Below are positions 58,245-64,000 of a stretch of DNA of 64,000 nt, piece after piece. The DNA lies in the NCBI GenBank assembly GCA_002709565.1, contig PAPY01000031.1, positions 71 through 64,070 on the forward strand, given 5' to 3'. The position numbers and the translations under genes were made by a program. The notes under the pieces were generated by a model. It saw only the letters and a program-made list of their open reading frames with translations. It was not told the origin of the DNA and did not search any database. The stretch's first letter is position 1. Every line of letters starts with the position of its first letter. This DNA comes from Legionellales bacterium. GTDB lineage: Bacteria; Pseudomonadota; Gammaproteobacteria; UBA1113.

Positions 58245-59699
58245 TTACCCTGTTATGCCTACTTGAGATGACGAAGCGCCCCTGCGTGCCAATTGATAAA
58301 ATACCAACGGCAAGACACAGGCAAAGAAGATCCCGGAGATGAGGAACGTTTCGTAAAATCGCAAACTGCCGATGTTAATATCAGCTGGCGGGGCGAAGCC
58401 TAAGGCGATCGCTGCGAGACAAGTGAGTGTGCCAAGTAAACCTGCTAACCACATGCCCCAGTTGCGGCCAGGGATTTTGTAACTGCGGTGTTGATGAGGT
58501 TCTTTGTAGCGTAGCTTAATGCCGGCGGCGAACATAAAGACATAAACTAACAACGCCAATTGTGCCGTCAATGCCGAGAGTAACCAGTATGAACTATTAA
58601 TTGTCGGCATCAATACGAACACACTGCATAGCAGCGTGAATAACACGGCTTGGAGCATTAATAGATTCACCGGCGCGCCATAACGGTTGGTGCGGGCAAA
58701 GCCTTTTGGTAAACAACCATCATGGGCGGCGGCCAATAGGCCTTTTGTCGGACCAATGACCCAGGTTGAAACCCCACTGATGCCGCCGATGATGATCATG
58801 ATAGCGATAACCGGGATCATCCAGGGCATATGATAAGCGTTAAAAAACAAACTAAAGGCTTCAATGAGGCCTGAGACAAGATTAATTTTGTCGTGGGGAA
58901 TAACCACGGCAATGGCAAGGGATGCTAGCATCAAGGAACCTAAGATGATGATGACCGAATAAATTAACGCCCGGGGGTAGTCTTTTTGTGGGTTTTTGAC
59001 TTCTTCGGCATGTACTGCTGACATTTCAAGGCCAATCAAACCAAATAGCACTGCGACCAAGAAGGCGAGATTATTCAGTGAGCTGAGATCTGGCAAAAAC
59101 GTCCCGGAGCTGAATTCAATGGCGGAAGGGTGGCCGGTCGCCAGCCAAATAATGCCGAGCAAAATAATAAATGCCATTGGCAATAATGTACCGATGATGG
59201 CGCCGATAGTGCTGACCCAACTGGATAAGCGCATGCCAAAACAATTAGCCAGGGTCGCCCCCCAAAAGGTGACTAACACGGTCGCGAGTAAATAGGTTTT
59301 GTGCTCGGCTAAATCAGGAGAAATTAAATAGGCTAACGTCGCGGCTAAGAATGACAAAATCGTTGGATACCACACCACATTATAAATCCACTGCAACCAG
59401 ATAGTGACTAAGCCCCAGCGTTTGCCAAAGGCTTGTCGCACCCAGACATAGAGTCCGCCAGTCTCAGGCCAACCCGTGGCGAGCTCTGCGGCGACTAATG
59501 CAATGGGGATAAGGAATAAAAATGCACCAAATATGTAGAAAAAAACAATGGAAAAGCCATATTCTGCGCTAATGGGTAGGCTACGCAGGCTGTCCACAGC
59601 GATGATATTAATCATTACTAGGCTAAATAAGCTAAGGACGCGCTTTTTGTTTGAATTTCTACCAGTCATCATGGCCGGCATTGGAACACAGCCCCTCAC
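58245..59699 (-). CDS. APC-superfamily amino acid permease
   Basis: About 12 TM segments. APC family N-terminal consensus (...GFSIVFFYIFGAFLFLIPIALVAAELATGWPETGGLYVWV). The start may be an internal Met (MMTGRN). Confidence 0.8.
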   Translation of the reverse strand: MRGCVPMPAMMTGRNSNKKRVLSLFSLVMINIIAVDSLRSLPISAEYGFSIVFFYIFGAFLFLIPIALVAAELATGWPETGGLYVWVRQAFGKRWGLVTIWLQWIYNVVWYPTILSFLAATLAYLISPDLAEHKTYLLATVLVTFWGATLANCFGMRLSSWVSTIGAIIGTLLPMAFIILLGIIWLATGHPSAIEFSSGTFLPDLSSLNNLAFLVAVLFGLIGLEMSAVHAEEVKNPQKDYPRALIYSVIIILGSLMLASLAIAVVIPHDKINLVSGLIEAFSLFFNAYHMPWMIPVIAIMIIIGGISGVSTWVIGPTKGLLAAAHDGCLPKGFARTNRYGAPVNLLMLQAVLFTLLCSVFVLMPTINSSYWLLSALTAQLALLVYVFMFAAGIKLRYKEPHQHRSYKIPGRNWGMWLAGLLGTLTCLAAIALGFAPPADINIGSLRFYETFLISGIFFACVLPLVFYQLARRGASSSQVGITG

Positions 59700-59769
59700 A
59701 GAGTGTCAATAGTGCCGGCATCACACTATACTATAGAGATTCCCTATTAAGGCTAACCAAGGAGACAGC

Positions 59770-61404
59770 ATGAAAGGTTCTGAATTATTCGTCAAATGCC
59801 TCGAGAATGAAGGGGTTGAGACCATTTACGGTATTCCCGGTGAAGAAAATATCGATGTCATGGATGCACTCCTCGATAGCAAGATTAATTTTATCACTAC
59901 CCGTCATGAACAGGGTGCTGCATTTATGGCGGATGTTCATGGCCGCTTAACCGGTCAAGCCGGTGTGTGTTTAGCGACCCTAGGCCCGGGGGCGACCAAC
60001 TTGGTCACTGGTGTTGCCGATGCGAACTTGGATAGAGCGCCAGTAGTTGCCATTGCTGGCCAGGCAGCAACGACGCGTTTACACAAAGAAAGTCATCAAG
60101 TATTAGATTTGGTTGAGATGTTTAAACCTATCACCAAATACAGCACCCAAATCATTGCACCTAGCATTATTAACGAAGTGGTGCGCAAAGCCTTCAAAGT
60201 TGCCGAGACCGAAAAGCCCGGCGCGTGTTTTATTGATTTCCCCGAAAATATCGCCGAGATGGATATTACCGACAGTGCACCACTCAAAGTCCAAAGTGCA
60301 ACAGCGCCCATGCCCTCACAACACAAAGTCGCACAAGCCGTAGATGTGATTGCCAGTGCACGTTATCCCCTGATTATGGCGGGCAACGGTGTCATTCGCC
60401 AACATGCGTCAGACAATTTGCGCGCGTTTGTCGAAAAAACAAAAATACCTGTCGCAACAACGTTCATGGCTAAAGGCACAGTGCCATTCTCGAATGAATT
60501 GTGTTTAGGAACTGTTGGTTTGCAAGCCAATGACTATGTGTCTTGTGGTTTTGATAGAGCCGATGTGATCATTTGTGTTGGTTTCGACATGATTGAGTAC
60601 CATCCTTACCTATGGCATAAAGACAAAAACAAAAAAATCATCCACATCGACGAATATCCCGCCGAAGTTGATGAACATTATATCCTTGAGGTTGGTGTTA
60701 TCGGTCAAATAGGTGCATCCCTTGATGCTATTGCCGCAGCACTCAATCACAAGACTAAAGCTAGCTCTGAGAATCTGCGCGATGTTATTGTGAAAGAAAT
60801 GGCAGAATATTCTGATGATCAAGGCTTCCCGATCAAACCACAAAAGATAGTTTGGGATCTACGCCAAGCCCTTAAGCCTGATGACATTGTGATTTCTGAT
60901 GTCGGTGCTCACAAAATGTGGATGGCCCGTATGTATCAAGCAGAGCAACCCAATACCTGCATTATCTCTAACGGTTTTGCGTCTATGGGTATTAGTGTGC
61001 CCGGTGCTATTGCCGCCAAACAAGCATTCCCAAATCGTACCGTGGTTGCGGTTACCGGTGATGCCGGATTCTTGATGAATTGTCAGGAAATCGAAACTGC
61101 CATGCGGGTGGGGACGCCAATGATTATTTTGATTTGGAATGATAGCAAATACGGTTTAATCGAATGGAAACAAGAAGCGCACTTTGGTCGCGCCAGCCAT
61201 ATTGATTTTAACAACCCTGATTTTGGCAAATTCGCTGAAGCCTTTGGCGCCAAATGCTATAAACTACAAGCGGCTAATGAGTTAGTGCCAGCAATCAAGC
61301 AGGCTATCAAAGACAATACCGTGGTTATCATCGATTGCCCGGTGGATTATTCTGAGAATATGAAATTAACTGAGAAGCTCGGCAAGTTAATTTGCGTGAA
61401 TTAA
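59770..61404 (+). CDS. Thiamine-pyrophosphate enzyme of the acetolactate synthase family (AlsS-like)
   Basis: N-terminal TPP_enzyme_N motifs (GIPGEENIDVMDAL, HEQGAAFMA). C-terminal GDAGFLMNCQE TPP-binding motif (GDG-X-N type). 544 aa. Confidence 0.75.
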   Translation: MKGSELFVKCLENEGVETIYGIPGEENIDVMDALLDSKINFITTRHEQGAAFMADVHGRLTGQAGVCLATLGPGATNLVTGVADANLDRAPVVAIAGQAATTRLHKESHQVLDLVEMFKPITKYSTQIIAPSIINEVVRKAFKVAETEKPGACFIDFPENIAEMDITDSAPLKVQSATAPMPSQHKVAQAVDVIASARYPLIMAGNGVIRQHASDNLRAFVEKTKIPVATTFMAKGTVPFSNELCLGTVGLQANDYVSCGFDRADVIICVGFDMIEYHPYLWHKDKNKKIIHIDEYPAEVDEHYILEVGVIGQIGASLDAIAAALNHKTKASSENLRDVIVKEMAEYSDDQGFPIKPQKIVWDLRQALKPDDIVISDVGAHKMWMARMYQAEQPNTCIISNGFASMGISVPGAIAAKQAFPNRTVVAVTGDAGFLMNCQEIETAMRVGTPMIILIWNDSKYGLIEWKQEAHFGRASHIDFNNPDFGKFAEAFGAKCYKLQAANELVPAIKQAIKDNTVVIIDCPVDYSENMKLTEKLGKLICVN

Positions 61405-61414
61405 AGGACGTTTT

Positions 61415-62860
61415 ATGAGTCAAGAACAATTCCCACTATTGGTTGCGGGGGCAAAAGCTACTGGCGATTCTCTCGATATTACTGCCCCTTTTGATGGACA
61501 TACCATTGCGACGGTTGCGTGTGCCGATGAGGCAACTATCGAACAAGCGCTAGCAACGGCCTATGCCTGTTATCAAAACCGCGATGGCTGGATTCCTATT
61601 CCCGAGCGTATTGCGATACTTGAGCGGGTTGCTGAACTCATGACCGAGCAACAAGAACACCTCGCCACCGAGTCGGCCCGTGAAGGGGGTAAGCCATTGA
61701 TAGACTCTCGGGCTGAAGCGGCCCGTGCCATTGATGGGGTGAAGATCTGTATTGAAACCCTGCGCACTGACAGTGGCCGGGTGATTCCAATGAAATATAA
61801 CGCACCGTCCAGCAATCGCATTGCCTTCACCCAAAAAGAACCTATCGGTGTGGTGGTTGCGGTGAGTGCGTTTAATCATCCGATTAATTTAATCATTCAC
61901 CAAGTGGCTGCTGCAGTTGCGGCAGGTTGTCCAGTTATCGTAAAACCAGCTTCTGATACCCCGTTGTCATGCTTGCGCATTGTAAAACTGTTTCATGAAG
62001 CGGGTTTACCTGTCGCGTGGTGCCAAGCCATGGTCATTAAAGACAATGCACTGGCGGGCAAAATGGTTGCAGACGAGCGTCTAGGTTTTTTCTCTTTCAT
62101 TGGCAGTGCTAAAGTGGGTTGGCAATTACGGTCGACATTAGCACCCGGTGTGCGTTGTGCGCTTGAACACGGTGGTGTTGCACCGGTGATTGTGGCGCCG
62201 GATGCGGATTTGGATGATGCTATCCCGTTATTAACCAAAGGTGGCTTTTATCACGCGGGACAAGTGTGTGTATCTGTACAACGGGTGTATGCTCATGAAA
62301 GCATTGCCAGTGATGTCGCAAGCCGTTTAGCACAAGCCGCGGATAAACTTGTCATCGGTGACCCAACCTCGGACAAAACCGAAGTGGGCCCGCTGATCAG
62401 GCATGGTGAAACCGACAGGGTCGCTGATTGGGTTGATGATGCAGTGGCTAAAGGCGCAGATCTCATCACCGGTGGCAAGAAAATTTCGCCATCACTCTAT
62501 GAATGCACGGTCCTTTATAATCCATCAGAAGACAGTATCATCAATAGCAATGAAGTATTTGGTCCGGTGGTATGCGTGTATTCTTACAAGGAACTCGACG
62601 ATGCTATTGCCGCTGCCAACAGCTTACCCTTTGCATTCCAAGCCGCAGTGTTCACCAAAGATATCGATACGTCTATGCGTGCTTACAACCGTTTAGCGGC
62701 ATCGGCAGTCATGGTCAATGACCACACTGCCTTCCGTGTTGATGGTATGCCCTTTGCTGGCCTCAAGCATTCTGGCCTCGGCGTCGGTGGCATCCCCTAT
62801 ACCATGGATGATATGCAAATCGAGAAGATGATGGTAATCAAGTCTGGGGAAATTCAATAA
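61415..62860 (+). CDS. Aldehyde dehydrogenase family protein
   Basis: ALDH glutamate and cysteine regions (ALEHGG..., GQVCVSVQRVY). 481 aa. Confidence 0.8.
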   Translation: MSQEQFPLLVAGAKATGDSLDITAPFDGHTIATVACADEATIEQALATAYACYQNRDGWIPIPERIAILERVAELMTEQQEHLATESAREGGKPLIDSRAEAARAIDGVKICIETLRTDSGRVIPMKYNAPSSNRIAFTQKEPIGVVVAVSAFNHPINLIIHQVAAAVAAGCPVIVKPASDTPLSCLRIVKLFHEAGLPVAWCQAMVIKDNALAGKMVADERLGFFSFIGSAKVGWQLRSTLAPGVRCALEHGGVAPVIVAPDADLDDAIPLLTKGGFYHAGQVCVSVQRVYAHESIASDVASRLAQAADKLVIGDPTSDKTEVGPLIRHGETDRVADWVDDAVAKGADLITGGKKISPSLYECTVLYNPSEDSIINSNEVFGPVVCVYSYKELDDAIAAANSLPFAFQAAVFTKDIDTSMRAYNRLAASAVMVNDHTAFRVDGMPFAGLKHSGLGVGGIPYTMDDMQIEKMMVIKSGEIQ

Positions 62861-63150
62861 GTTTTGCCATCATATTGGTCTAGGTTTACCTAACCCCAAA
62901 TTGACATCCGAACACCATAATGCTAACTTGCGCGCCACAGGAGTGTCTGCCTGTTGAAGATCACAACAAGGTTGACAAAAATGAACCCAACCCGTCAGGC
63001 CTAATAACCATGCTCATTGAACGACGGTTTGTTCGCTAAACAATATTCTCAGCAATGGCTGGGAAGAACCGAATGACGAGATGTTGAGTGACAAAAGAAG
63101 GCAATTCCAGTCCAGTTGAGGTCGTCACCTGGAGTGACGTCAGAGACCGT

Positions 63151-64000
63151 ATGGGGGAAATCCAGCCCCAGTTTGCTCAACTTATTGATGATTACCAACC
63201 GGGCGATAAGCCGTTATTGTTGGCCAGTTATCCGTTTGCCAGTCACCTCATCACCAATGGTGATTTTCATTTACCAGATAACCACGGCAAAATCACCTCG
63301 CTGCGCAAGGGGGATTATGCGCCCCAAATCAACGAATTGCTGGATTATAACTGGAAATCTGTCCCCTTTGGTATTGCTCTTGAAGGGTATGCCGAGAGTT
63401 ACTGGCACTCAGATGTTATTCAACCGACAGCGATGCTTTATCCAGGGGCAACGTTGGCTCTGCGGACCATCTTTGACCAAGATAGCCGTTATAACTTCCA
63501 CCGTGCGTGGAATTTAAGCTCAGGCGCTCGCTTGATGTTTATTCTCTCCAGTATCAAAGACTCCGAAAAATTCAAACGCCTGCAACGCACTTACCAATTT
63601 CGCGAAGATATGCCGGTGGACTATCAAGACCAGTGGAAAGTTTTCAAAAAAATTTATAACTCCCCCCAAGCCAATGTTGATTGGCGTACCAAAGTAGTAT
63701 TTTTTACCAAGTCTTGGATTGAGGATATCTTGGGGGGTAAGAATGAGCGTTTGACGTTGTTCTTATTGAACTCTGTCTGGCGTTTCCATGAATTTGAACG
63801 TAATCGCCGAGTGTTTGATTTTATCATGGATGACTTCAAACGCATTATGTCGCGTAAAGGCGTTAAAATTAATTCTTATTCCTTTGCCTGCTTGAAACAT
63901 TTGATTCGTATTGCCATGGGCGAAGAATTCGGCTTCTCACCGATGGTTTGTAATGAAGTCTCTCCCCATGAATTATTGTTTGATGCCTACACTCACACTT
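63151..64000 (+). CDS. Hypothetical soluble protein, 3'-partial (runs off the window end)
   Basis: A stop-free frame from ATG 63151 to the end of the window, translating MGEIQPQFAQLIDDYQPGDKPLLLASYPF... It has protein-like composition. It is not on the ORF track because no stop is reached. The listed 63116..63517 ORF is in a different frame and has poor composition. Confidence 0.45.
   Translation, partial: MGEIQPQFAQLIDDYQPGDKPLLLASYPFASHLITNGDFHLPDNHGKITSLRKGDYAPQINELLDYNWKSVPFGIALEGYAESYWHSDVIQPTAMLYPGATLALRTIFDQDSRYNFHRAWNLSSGARLMFILSSIKDSEKFKRLQRTYQFREDMPVDYQDQWKVFKKIYNSPQANVDWRTKVVFFTKSWIEDILGGKNERLTLFLLNSVWRFHEFERNRRVFDFIMDDFKRIMSRKGVKINSYSFACLKHLIRIAMGEEFGFSPMVCNEVSPHELLFDAYTHT

Noticed and set aside
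63116-63517. 133-aa ORF on the track at the 3' end
   Set aside because: A different frame (from 63151) stays open to the end of the window and gives a far more protein-like translation. The 133-aa frame is Ser/Pro/Ile-rich with implausible composition.

Overview
This 64 kb window looks like a gammaproteobacterial chromosome of the order Legionellales, judged by the Dot/Icm gene content and synteny; this is an inference from protein motifs and gene order, not a database hit. It contains two very different neighbourhoods. (1) About 1-31.5 kb is a large LPS/O-antigen-type glycan biosynthesis island. It carries SDR, LmbE-type deacetylase, two ATP-grasp ligases, two AsnB-type amidotransferases, a fused GATase-II/WbpG-like amidotransferase, GT4, GT2 (polyprenyl-phosphate sugar synthase type), a 996-aa GT-C-like membrane protein, two Wzx/PST flippases, an OafA-type acyltransferase and a methyltransferase. 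Embedded in it is an unusual sulfur-activation/sulfonate module (cysH, a ComA-like phosphosulfolactate synthase, VOC protein, histidine phosphatase, Sat-CysC fusion, cysD, cysNC, DUF2061). The island ends with the ADP-heptose genes hldE-hldD. (2) About 38-56.4 kb is a Dot/Icm type IVB secretion region in a Coxiella-like compact layout. Reading left to right, the order is icmX, a small secreted ORF, icmW and icmV, then a DotA-like gene, phaC, a membrane protein, dotB, an inserted orphan ORF, dotC and dotD, and finally icmT, icmS, a FIR/icmR-like gene, icmQ, icmP and icmO, which abuts epmA. Between the two neighbourhoods sit a candidate effector ORF with a PmrA-like box, an Mla/MCE-type ABC operon and an AT-rich orphan AAA ATPase gene. 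The 3' end carries an AlbA_2/HATPase_c_4-type regulator, a 10-bp tandem repeat, a 145-bp nested palindromic (MITE-like) element, an amino-acid permease, an acetolactate-synthase-like TPP enzyme, an aldehyde dehydrogenase and a partial ORF. No rRNA, tRNA or CRISPR array was seen.
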